Below, in pieces: positions 45,106-53,862 of a stretch of DNA of 64,000 nt. How positions within the stretch are numbered: position 1 is the first letter of the stretch; each line of letters opens with the position of its first letter. Source of the stretch: Acidobacteriota bacterium. Lineage in GTDB: Bacteria > Acidobacteriota > UBA890 > WLXD01. The DNA lies in assembly GCA_965248695.1 (NCBI GenBank), contig CBDFKD010000002.1:5312001-5376000 (forward strand). Reading direction: 5' to 3'. The position numbers and the translations under genes were made by a program. The notes beneath the pieces are model-generated. The model was not told the origin of the DNA, did no database searches, and worked only from the letters and a program-made list of their open reading frames with translations.

Positions 45106-46728
45106 TCAACTCTGGCTGTCGCTGCGCCGTTGGCCGCAATGCTGCTCGAGATCTTCGACCGTGCTGACGTCATCAGCTGTCAGATCGACGCGATGCCTGA
45201 CGATGCGCGGGAAACGCAGAGCAAAGCCGCTCGGGTGCCGTCGACTCGGGCGGATCTCATCGAACGCAATCTGGAGCACCACCTCCGGGGCAACACGCCG
45301 CACCGGGCCATCGCTCGATAGCGTCTGCCCGTGGAAGCGGCGCGTCAGCTCGCGGATCGCATCGTCGGTCAGGCCGCTGTAGGCCCGCCCCGAATCGACC
45401 AGCCCGTCCGGGCTGCGAACCGCGAAGATGAGATCCGATAGCATCCCGGCGCGCTTGCCGCGACCCCACTCGGCGCCCGTTACAACCACATCGATCGTGC
45501 CGAGCGGTCGCTTGAGCTTGGCCCATGAGCGACCGCGCGTGCCCGGCACGTAGAGGCTCTCGGGATCCTTGAAGACAGCCCCCTCGTTGTTGCGTTTCAC
45601 CGCAGCGGCAAACCACCGATCGATCTCGATCTCCGTGCGCAGCAGCTCCCACGGCGCGCGCCTTACACGCCCGTCGAGCGGCAGCGTGGCGAGCGCTTCC
45701 TTGCGGCGCATCAACGGGGCATCGATGAGGTCCTCGCTGGCGGCACGGAGAACGTCGAACGCGAGGAATACCACCGGGGCGTCGAGCAACAGCGTCAGCG
45801 GCACCTGCTTGCGGCCGAGCCGACGCTGCAGCGTAGCGAACGACAGACAGCGATCGTCGAGCCATGCAACGACCTCGCCGTCGAGGATCCACTCGCCGGT
45901 GAGACCGACGGTCCCGTCGCGCAGCTCTGGAAAGAAGTGCGTGAAATCCTCCAGAGCACGCGAGTACAGGCGCTGGTCTCCGCCAGAGACATGTAGCTGA
46001 GCGCGGATGCCGTCGAACTTGTCCTCGGCGACCACCGGTGGATGGAGGATCTCGAGCACCGCAGCAGCGCTGTCACACGGGTGCGCCAACATCACCCGTA
46101 CCGGACGCTGTGCCTGCAAGGAGACGCCTTCCAGCGTTTCGGCCGCGGCATGCTCGGCGGCAGCACCGATATCCCCCAGCAGCATGTGCGCCCGTCGTAC
46201 CAGCGACGTGGGCTGGTTGAACGCCAGGGCGATGGCCTCCTCCACACGTGCCGCTTGCACGCCGGTGCGCAGCGACCCGAGGAGTAACTTGACGAGGTAC
46301 TTGGCCTCCAGCGGAGTCACGCGCGCCAGCAAGGCCCGCAGGAGCTGCATGCGCCGCGTAGCGCCGACTTCGCCGAGCTGACGTAGCGACTCGGCGACCT
46401 CCGGTAGCGTCAGCCGTGGCCCCGGCGTGTGCGGATGTTCCTCGAGGAGCAAGGAGACGGCGATGCCGAGATCGCCCAGCGCGGTTGCTCGTTGCAGCAA
46501 CGCCAGTCGATCTTCGCCGGTGAACGCCGCGACCAGGTCGATGAGCGTCGAGCGCCCCACGCGCGTCGCGGGAGTGCGCGGGGGCAGGGGAGCGCCAGCC
46601 AGGAACCGTGCCGCTGTTGCAGCCCGCGGTCCGTCCTGGCTCGCCAAGTAAGCAGCCGCAGACCGCACCTTGGCATCGGTCGAGGCGTGGCCGGAGATCG
46701 TCTCCAGCGTCAGAGCCAGAGCACGCAT
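45106..46728 (-). CDS. ATP-dependent DNA ligase (LigB/archaeal-like)
   Basis: motif I EDKFDG, ILDGEVV, AFDVL, EGAVFK, WAKLK, ALRFPRI; N-terminal DNA-binding domain. Confidence 0.92.
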   Translation of the reverse strand: MRALALTLETISGHASTDAKVRSAAAYLASQDGPRAATAARFLAGAPLPPRTPATRVGRSTLIDLVAAFTGEDRLALLQRATALGDLGIAVSLLLEEHPHTPGPRLTLPEVAESLRQLGEVGATRRMQLLRALLARVTPLEAKYLVKLLLGSLRTGVQAARVEEAIALAFNQPTSLVRRAHMLLGDIGAAAEHAAAETLEGVSLQAQRPVRVMLAHPCDSAAAVLEILHPPVVAEDKFDGIRAQLHVSGGDQRLYSRALEDFTHFFPELRDGTVGLTGEWILDGEVVAWLDDRCLSFATLQRRLGRKQVPLTLLLDAPVVFLAFDVLRAASEDLIDAPLMRRKEALATLPLDGRVRRAPWELLRTEIEIDRWFAAAVKRNNEGAVFKDPESLYVPGTRGRSWAKLKRPLGTIDVVVTGAEWGRGKRAGMLSDLIFAVRSPDGLVDSGRAYSGLTDDAIRELTRRFHGQTLSSDGPVRRVAPEVVLQIAFDEIRPSRRHPSGFALRFPRIVRHRVDLTADDVSTVEDLEQHCGQRRSDSQS

Positions 46729-46779
46729 GGGCGCGCACTCTATCCAACCGCGGAGAACGTCGCAACGGAGAGTGTGGGG

Positions 46780-48168
46780 CTATGGGCCCCCAGCTACGAC
46801 GGCGGTGCGCGACGCCTGCCCGGCACGCAGCTTGTCAAGCCAGCGATCACGCTGCTCGGCGAACCCGTCCCAATGCGTTGCCGCTACAGGATCGGCGGGC
46901 GGCAACTGCAGTCTTACCGGGTCAACGTAGCGATCACCCTGCTCGAGCCCGTAGTGCAGATGGTAGCCGGTGGCGTTGCCGCTCCTGCCGACATAGCCGA
47001 TCGTCTGCCCCTGGCGCACCTCGACACCCTTCTTGATGCCCTCGTGGATGCGCGACATGTGCATGTAGATCGAGCTGTACGAGCCACCATGCCGGATCTT
47101 CACGTAGCGGCCGGGCTCCCGTCCGTAGCCGGCCTCCATGATCACTCCATCAGCCGTGGCCAGAATCTCGGCGCCCGGATCGGCGGCGTAGTCCACACCA
47201 CGATGAGCGCGCGCCACGCCGGTCACCGGATGCACTCGCCGCGAGCTGAAGCGCGAGCTGATGCGCGTGAATCGTACCGGCGAACGGAGGAACGCTCGGC
47301 GCAGGGAAGCGCCTTCCGGGGTGAAGTACTGGCTCACGCCCTCGGCGTCCAGATAGCGCACTACCGGCAGGGTACGCCCGCCGACCTTGAACTCGGCCGC
47401 GAGCACCTGTCCGTAACCCAGGAATTGCCCCTCGACGAAGCGCTCCTCGACCATGAGGTCAAGTCGGTCGCCGACCCGCAGGTCGTAGTTGAAATCGACG
47501 TCCCAGGCATACAGGTCGCCGATCTTGAGCAACAAGTCGTTGATCGAGCGCCCGGGTGGCGCGTTGTGGGCCAGCGCCGAGTGCAGGCTGTTGGCGATTT
47601 CCGCGGTGACGAATGCGGGGCGAACCCGCACCGGGATGACCACCTTGCTGGTGGTCCACACCTGCTCCTCACGGGCCACGAACCAGGCGGTCTGACGATC
47701 GACCTGGTAGCGCATGGCTGCCAGCCCGCCGTCCGCGGCAAAATACAGGTAGTACTCCTGACCCGGCCGGATACGGCGCAGGTTGATCGAATCGGCCGCC
47801 GCACGGACAACCTCCGCCGACGTGTTGCCGTCGACGCCGGCGCGCCGCAGCTCACCATCCAGCGTGTTGCCGCTGACGAACCGCTCGTGTACGACTCGTT
47901 GCGCCGTCAAGGCAATCGACTGCGGCCAGGGGCGCGGGACCTCGGGAGCCTGGAAGGTGGCGCTGACCACCTCGGCGTACGGAGACGAGATCGGCTTGCC
48001 GGGCAGCAGCAACAGCACCGTCCAGCCCAGCAGCACTGCCGCCAAGGTCGCCCCCGGCCACCGCAGTGGCAAGCTGTTGGCGGTCTCGTACGTCAGACGC
48101 AGGCGCACGTTGCGGAAAGGTTCGATCGTCAGGCGCAGTTTCAGGCTCTGGCGCTGAGGTGAAGTCAA
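46780..48168 (-). CDS. M23 family peptidoglycan DD-endopeptidase (MepM-like)
   Basis: ISSRF..RR.HPV....HRGVDYAA, YMHMS, GYVG.SG.ATG.HLHY; start uncertain because the listed TTG at 48222 lies inside the -10 box. Confidence 0.9.
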   Translation of the reverse strand: MTSPQRQSLKLRLTIEPFRNVRLRLTYETANSLPLRWPGATLAAVLLGWTVLLLLPGKPISSPYAEVVSATFQAPEVPRPWPQSIALTAQRVVHERFVSGNTLDGELRRAGVDGNTSAEVVRAAADSINLRRIRPGQEYYLYFAADGGLAAMRYQVDRQTAWFVAREEQVWTTSKVVIPVRVRPAFVTAEIANSLHSALAHNAPPGRSINDLLLKIGDLYAWDVDFNYDLRVGDRLDLMVEERFVEGQFLGYGQVLAAEFKVGGRTLPVVRYLDAEGVSQYFTPEGASLRRAFLRSPVRFTRISSRFSSRRVHPVTGVARAHRGVDYAADPGAEILATADGVIMEAGYGREPGRYVKIRHGGSYSSIYMHMSRIHEGIKKGVEVRQGQTIGYVGRSGNATGYHLHYGLEQGDRYVDPVRLQLPPADPVAATHWDGFAEQRDRWLDKLRAGQASRTAVVAGGP

Positions 48169-48221
48169 AATGAACGCACCCGAATCAGGCGGTGAGCGTT
48201 GCGGTAGAAATCGCGGCGTCA

Positions 48222-48249
48222 ATTATACGGTGACAACACGGACACGCAA
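48222..48249 (-). promoter_or_regulatory. sigma70-type promoter for the M23 peptidase
   Basis: TTGCGT-16 nt-TATAAT on the minus strand. Confidence 0.6.
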
Positions 48250-48398
48250 CTCTGAGCGCCGGCACGACGGCCGAAGGCATCGCCTGACATGCAGACGATG
48301 GAACGATTGCCCTGGTGGGTATTGCGTGTCCGCCGCTGCAGTTGCTTCAATGGGAGTGTAGACGAGGAGCACGTTCCTGGGAGCGAGAGGTTCGAGAC

Positions 48399-49610
48399 GT
48401 GTCACTATGGGCAATTGCGCTGGGGGTTGCCGCGCTCATGGGTGTCGGCGCGACTCCAGACGTCGCGCTGGCGATGACCCCGGAGATACAGGACGGCGGT
48501 ACCCGTTTCGAGGACCTGTTGCCGGTCGACGACTTCTCGCCAGCAATCCTCGGCATCTACCGGAAGATGATGGAGATCGAGGAGGTGATCCGCGGCCATT
48601 CCGAGCGCTACGGAGTGGACTTCGAGCTCGCACGTGCGACCTGCATGTACGAATCCGGCGGCAACGCGAACCTGACGTCCTGGGCCGGCGCCAAGGGTTA
48701 CTTCCAGGTCATGCCGGCGACCTTCCGCTCGCTGCGAGTTGAAACCAACATCGAAGCGGGGATCAAGTACATCGGCCAGCTAGTGGACCGGTTCGACCGC
48801 GAGGACTACGCCCTGGCTGCATACAACGGTGGACCGACCACGGTCGGGCGCAATCGGCCGATGCGGCTGGAATCCCTCCAGTACGTGCTCGGTGTGGGCT
48901 ACTACCGCACGATGTTGAAGCTGCACGAGCGCTCGATCCGGCATCACGCCTCAGCGCTCCGACTCACAACGGTCGGGGAGGGGGAGGACTGGTGGAAGCT
49001 CTCCGAACGGCTCGGCCTCACCCTCCTGCAGCTGCGGCTACACAATCCCTACCTGGCGCGGCGAAGTCTTCGCGAGGGCCAGTTGATCGCCTACCCGGTC
49101 GCGCCCCGCAACGACCTCTACCGCGTTGCAGGCACCTTCCTGGAGTATCGCTCGCGGCTGGGCGACAACTACTTCAACATCGCGTTCACGCTCGACGTCG
49201 ACCTCGACGAGCTGCGCGGTGAGAACTCTCTTTGGCATCTGCAGACGCTTTCGGCCGGAATGCTGCTCAAAATCCCTCTCAGCTGGGAGGGCGATCACGT
49301 CGTTCACCAGGTCAAACCCGGCGACACGATCTTCAAGATCGCCGAGGCGACGAAATCGAACCCCTGGCGCTTGATACGCGACAACGGACTGTGGAACCAG
49401 ACCGTGGCCGCGGGCAAGCTGCTGCGGGTGCGCACCGTGCCGGCGCGGCCCACCCACGTGGTCCACCGCGTGACCCGCGGTGAGAACCTGACGACGATAT
49501 CGCGCCGCTACGGCGCCTCGATCTCGGCGATCCAGACGGCCAACAACATGGGGCGGCGTACCGTCATCCGCATCGGCCAGCAGCTGCGAATCCCTCAGAA
49601 CGCCAAGTAG
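48399..49610 (+). CDS. lytic transglycosylase (SLT domain) with multiple LysM domains
   Basis: YESGGN....S.AGAKGYFQVMP, ALAAYNGG, about four LysM-like repeats (e.g. HRVTRGENLTTISRRYG); signal peptide; start approximate. Confidence 0.88.
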   Translation: MSLWAIALGVAALMGVGATPDVALAMTPEIQDGGTRFEDLLPVDDFSPAILGIYRKMMEIEEVIRGHSERYGVDFELARATCMYESGGNANLTSWAGAKGYFQVMPATFRSLRVETNIEAGIKYIGQLVDRFDREDYALAAYNGGPTTVGRNRPMRLESLQYVLGVGYYRTMLKLHERSIRHHASALRLTTVGEGEDWWKLSERLGLTLLQLRLHNPYLARRSLREGQLIAYPVAPRNDLYRVAGTFLEYRSRLGDNYFNIAFTLDVDLDELRGENSLWHLQTLSAGMLLKIPLSWEGDHVVHQVKPGDTIFKIAEATKSNPWRLIRDNGLWNQTVAAGKLLRVRTVPARPTHVVHRVTRGENLTTISRRYGASISAIQTANNMGRRTVIRIGQQLRIPQNAK

Positions 49611-49672
49611 GGGCCGGCCGGCAAAAGACTCTGGCTGGCGTTCGTCTGGACGAATTCGGATCATGCGTTTCG

Positions 49673-51181
49673 TTGATAAGGACTCTTATGGAAACTAGGA
49701 GATCCGCATCTGTCACGGGACGTTATCGTCCGGTGCGAACGTGTTCCCTCACGCTCCTGGGCGTCCTCTTGATGGCCGTCACGGAGCCTGTGGTGGCGCA
49801 AGACGGCCCGCCGACCTTCTTCGGCGGCATCCAGGTCAACGAGCCAGACCACGACCGCTGGGCCGCAGCCCTGGTCGACGCCGGCTTCGATTCCGTCCAA
49901 GTCACCCTCTACGCTCGCCAACAGCGCTGGGATCAAGCGGAGCTGTACTGGAATCACGAAGCGCCGTGGCTGATTTCCGAGATTCGCGCCGCCAAGCGCG
50001 CCGGGCTACGCGTGATCCTGGTGATGCGAGTCGCCCTAGAACACGCCCTCGAGGCCAATCGGCATCTATGGCACGGCATGATCTGGCCGCGGCCGGATCA
50101 ACTGCAGCCCTGGTTCGACCGCTACGGGGACTTCGTGCTCTGGGGAGCAGAGATCGCCGCACGGGAGAACGTCGAGTCGTTTGTCATCGGCAACGAGCTC
50201 AGCTCGCTGTCCTCGACGACGAGGCTCGACGCCCTCCCCCACCTGTACGCCTACTATCTCGACCCCGCGGCCGTTCAGGCGGTGCGCGAAGACCTCGTCC
50301 GTTGTGCTGCCAGCGCCGAGCAAACCCCCGGCGCGGACGCCCTCTCCTATCTCGATGGCGGGCGCTCGACGGACCTGGAGACGATGTTGCGCGACGAGGA
50401 GCGCGTGCGACGCGCCTGGACGCAGCAGGCGCTCGGCGGTGACGCAACACGGCTACGCCACCTCAACGGTCGTCGGGCGCGCTATGAGACCTTCTGGCGC
50501 ACGCTCGTGCGCCGTGTACGCGAGCGCTACACCGGCCTGCTGAGCTACGGAGCCAACTTCGACCAGTTCGAGGAGGTCGGCTTTTGGGACGCGCTGGATT
50601 TCGTTGCCGTCAACGCCTACTTCCCGCTGAGCATCTACGGACTCGAACCCGGGGCGCTGGAAGAGCGCATGGCAGACTCCTGGCGGCGCATCGCCAGCGC
50701 CCTGCAGCGGGCTAGCGGCGGCCACCCGGTCATGCTGCTGGAGTTGGGCTGGACCCGACGGCTGGGGAGCACCGTACGGCCACACTCCTACGATCGCGTC
50801 GAGGTGCTCGAAACCGCGGGAGCGGGCGGGCGGCGGACATGCGTACACTGGGAGTCACAGCCGCAAGATCCGCGCGAGCGGGTGGCGGCATTGCAAGCCC
50901 TGGCCGACGTGGTGCGCGATGGCGACTTCGCGGCGCTTGTGGGCTTCACGCTGTGGAAGCTGACCACACGCGCAGAGCATCGGGCCATCGAGCCTTTCGC
51001 CGCCGTCCTCCAACCCGGCTCCGGCTACCCGTACGAAACCTGGCGAACCCTCGGCGCCGCGCAGCATGACGAGCTCGACAGGGCTTACGTCGGCCTCGCC
51101 GGTGCCATCGCACGCGAGGTGCAGGAGCGGTCGGCGCGCTGGCATAATGACGGCGTCCATTCGCGCAATCGTCAGGAGTAG
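49673..51181 (+). CDS. secreted glycoside hydrolase, GH113-like TIM barrel
   Basis: WHGMI, WFDRY, FVIGNEL, WR.LV..VR..Y.G.LSYGANFD, FWDALD...VNAYFPL, PVMLLELGW. Confidence 0.7.
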   Translation: MIRTLMETRRSASVTGRYRPVRTCSLTLLGVLLMAVTEPVVAQDGPPTFFGGIQVNEPDHDRWAAALVDAGFDSVQVTLYARQQRWDQAELYWNHEAPWLISEIRAAKRAGLRVILVMRVALEHALEANRHLWHGMIWPRPDQLQPWFDRYGDFVLWGAEIAARENVESFVIGNELSSLSSTTRLDALPHLYAYYLDPAAVQAVREDLVRCAASAEQTPGADALSYLDGGRSTDLETMLRDEERVRRAWTQQALGGDATRLRHLNGRRARYETFWRTLVRRVRERYTGLLSYGANFDQFEEVGFWDALDFVAVNAYFPLSIYGLEPGALEERMADSWRRIASALQRASGGHPVMLLELGWTRRLGSTVRPHSYDRVEVLETAGAGGRRTCVHWESQPQDPRERVAALQALADVVRDGDFAALVGFTLWKLTTRAEHRAIEPFAAVLQPGSGYPYETWRTLGAAQHDELDRAYVGLAGAIAREVQERSARWHNDGVHSRNRQE

Positions 51182-51186
51182 AGCCC

Positions 51187-51603
51187 TTGCACAGAGTTCG
51201 AGGACCATGGTCAACCGTCGGTGGGTTCCTCCTGCTGGCCGTTTCCACACAGCTGCTCGGTTCGGCGAGCGCGCCGGCGGCGCTCCCGCTGGCGGCCCAT
51301 CCTGAGGTGGTGGAAGTGATCGCGCAGGATCTCGAGCTCGGCAGAGAGCTCTACAGCGATCAGTGCGGCCCCTGCCACGGCGATGACGGCAAGGGCGGTG
51401 GTCCGGCGGCGCGCTTTCTCGCCACGCCGCCACGAGATCTCACGGATGGCAGCTGGACGCTGGAAGGCATGATCGCGGCGATCACGGATGGCGTTCCGGA
51501 TACCGACATGGAGGCCTTCGAAGAGCTGCTCACCGAGGACGAGATATCGGCGGTAGCCGCCTACGTGCTCGAGAACTTCGCCGCCGAGGAAGACTCTCGC
51601 TAG
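51187..51603 (+). CDS. monoheme c-type cytochrome
   Basis: signal peptide, G.ELY...CGPCHG..GKG.G, PRDLT, G.P.T.M..F...LT..EI.AV.AY. Confidence 0.88.
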   Translation: MHRVRGPWSTVGGFLLLAVSTQLLGSASAPAALPLAAHPEVVEVIAQDLELGRELYSDQCGPCHGDDGKGGGPAARFLATPPRDLTDGSWTLEGMIAAITDGVPDTDMEAFEELLTEDEISAVAAYVLENFAAEEDSR

Positions 51604-51635
51604 GACGCCCTTCAGCACCGCCATACGATCCGGTC

Positions 51636-51665
51636 TTGACAGTCGCGCATTGTGGCGAACACAAT
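51636..51665 (+). promoter_or_regulatory. putative rho promoter
   Basis: TTGACA-18 nt-CACAAT. Confidence 0.45.
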
Positions 51666-51789
51666 GGCCTCGATTGGCCAGGCGCCCAGGTTTCACAACA
51701 CTGTCGGCGCCGGCCCTCCCGAGTAACACCTCGCCCGGATCGTGTGTGTCCGAGCGCCATCGGGTCGCTTAGATTTCCGCGCGTCATGA

Positions 51790-53235
51790 ATGGAGCGCGA
51801 CCCGACTTTCTCCCAACTGGGGCTTCCCTTCATGACAGAGCAGCAACAAAGGCAGCGCCGGCGACGGGGTCGCCGCCGGTCCCGCGGCGGACGAGGCCGA
51901 CGTCGCGGTCAGCCAAACCAGCCACAGGATTTCACCCCGCCGCGCGACGAAGACACCGCGCTGTTGCTGCAGGACGCGCACAGCGTCGACGATCTGATGG
52001 AGGCGCGGCCCGCGGAGCTGCTCGAGATTGCCGCCGAGCTCAAGGTGGAAAACGCCACCGAGCTTGAAGCCGAGGCGCTCATCGACGCGTGTCTCCGAGC
52101 GCAGGCAAAAGAACATGGGCTAGTCTACAAGCAGGGCGTGCTAGAGCGCCTTCCCGACGGCTATGGTTTCATTCGCTCCGCCGAACACTCGTACCTGCCT
52201 GGGCCGGAGGACGTCTACGTCTCCCCTACCCAGATCCGGCGCTTCAACCTGCTCACCGGCGATACGCTTGCCGGCAGCATCCGACCGCCGAAGCAGGGTG
52301 AGAAGTACTTCGCCCTCGTTCAGATCGATGCCATCAACTATGACGCACCTGGCAAGGCGCTCGATCGCACCCTGTTCAAGGACCTGACGCCGTATCACCC
52401 CGAACGACAGATCGAGGCGGAGATTCCAGGCGATGACCTCATCGGTCGGGTCGTCGATCTGTTGTGTCCGTTGGGTTTCGGCCAGCGGGCCCTGATCGTC
52501 TCGCCGCCGCGGGCGGGCAAGACCATACTGCTGCAGGCAATCGCCAAGGCGTTGGCCGCCAACCACCCGGACGTCAAGCTCATCGTGCTGTTGCTCGACG
52601 AGCGGCCCGAAGAGGTCACCGACATGAAGCGGTCGGTGCGCGGCGAGGTCGTCTACTCGACGTTCGACGAACCGGCGAGTCGCCATACTGCCGTCGGCGA
52701 GATCGTGCTCGAAAAGGCTCGACGGATGGTGGAGAGCGGCCACGACGTCGTCATCCTGCTCGACTCACTGACCCGTTTGGCGCGGGCGCACAACACCGTT
52801 ACGCCATCTTCCGGCCGCGTGCTGACCGGTGGGGTCGACGCCAACGCCCTGGAGAAGCCCAAGAAGTTCTTCGGTTCGGCGCGCGCAGTCGAGGAGGGCG
52901 GGTCGCTGACGATCGTCGCAACCGCCCTGATCGAGACCGGCAGTCGCATGGACGAGGTGATCTTCGAGGAGTTCAAGGGCACTGGCAACTCCGAGATCGT
53001 CCTGGAGCGCAAGCTCGCCGACAAGCGCATCTTCCCCGCCATCGAGATCAACAAGTCGGGTACCCGCAAGGAAGAGCTCCTGCTCGGAGCCGAGGACCTA
53101 CAGCGCATCTGGATGCTCCGCAAGGCGCTGGCGGCGGTACCGGCAGACGAGGCCATGGAGCTCTTGCTCAAGCGGCTGCGTCAGACCGCGAACAATCGCG
53201 AGTTTCTCGAAACGCTGACCAACGGGATGGCCTGA
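51790..53235 (+). CDS. rho: transcription termination factor Rho
   Basis: [66 protein letters not shown]; start 51790 or 51832. Confidence 0.96.
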   Translation: MERDPTFSQLGLPFMTEQQQRQRRRRGRRRSRGGRGRRRGQPNQPQDFTPPRDEDTALLLQDAHSVDDLMEARPAELLEIAAELKVENATELEAEALIDACLRAQAKEHGLVYKQGVLERLPDGYGFIRSAEHSYLPGPEDVYVSPTQIRRFNLLTGDTLAGSIRPPKQGEKYFALVQIDAINYDAPGKALDRTLFKDLTPYHPERQIEAEIPGDDLIGRVVDLLCPLGFGQRALIVSPPRAGKTILLQAIAKALAANHPDVKLIVLLLDERPEEVTDMKRSVRGEVVYSTFDEPASRHTAVGEIVLEKARRMVESGHDVVILLDSLTRLARAHNTVTPSSGRVLTGGVDANALEKPKKFFGSARAVEEGGSLTIVATALIETGSRMDEVIFEEFKGTGNSEIVLERKLADKRIFPAIEINKSGTRKEELLLGAEDLQRIWMLRKALAAVPADEAMELLLKRLRQTANNREFLETLTNGMA

Positions 53236-53298
53236 GCAACCCCGCGCTGTGGAAAGGTTCCTCACGCCCGCGTTGATCACTCCGGAGGGAACGGATTC

Positions 53299-53862
53299 GT
53301 GCTGTGGGGGTTCGGTCTGATCGTCGCTGTGCTGGGCACGGCAATCCTCCTGTACAACCGGCTCGTCGGGCTGCAGAAACGCGCCGAGGGAGCTTGGGCA
53401 GACATCGACGCCCAGCTCAAGCGCCGACACGACGTCATCCCGTCGCTGGTCGAGGTCGTCAAGGGCTACGCCGCCCACGAGCGCGAGACCCTGGAATCGG
53501 TGGTCGCGATGCGGAGCGCCGCCCAGCAGGCCGAGGGGCTACGCCTTCCGGATGCCGGCACGGCGCAGCTCGAGAACGGCCTCGTGGGAGCGCTACGCGG
53601 CCTGTTCGCGCTCGCGGAGGCTTATCCCGAGATTCGGGCCAGTGAGCGCTACGGAACGCTGCAGAGCCAGCTGTCGGAGATCGAGGACGACCTCCAGGCG
53701 GCGCGACGCTACTACAATGCCGTAGTTCGCGACCACAACACCGCGGTCGCGAGCTTTCCGGCGGTCATGATCGCGGCACCGATGGGATTCGTGCCGCGCG
53801 AGTTCTTCGAGGTCGACAACCCACTGGAGCGACAGGCGGTGAGGGTGGATCTGGATGCGTAG
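53299..53862 (+). CDS. LemA family protein
   Basis: YNRLV, AWADID.QLKRRHD.IP.LV, GYAAHERET, EAYP, ARRYYN..V...N. Confidence 0.93.
   Translation: MLWGFGLIVAVLGTAILLYNRLVGLQKRAEGAWADIDAQLKRRHDVIPSLVEVVKGYAAHERETLESVVAMRSAAQQAEGLRLPDAGTAQLENGLVGALRGLFALAEAYPEIRASERYGTLQSQLSEIEDDLQAARRYYNAVVRDHNTAVASFPAVMIAAPMGFVPREFFEVDNPLERQAVRVDLDA

Noticed and set aside
46429-48162. Long antisense ORFs (this 577-aa one, also 58364-60007, 639-1799, 27534-28685 and others)
   Set aside because: They are shadow frames opposite well-supported genes, which is expected at high GC3, and they show no recognisable motifs.
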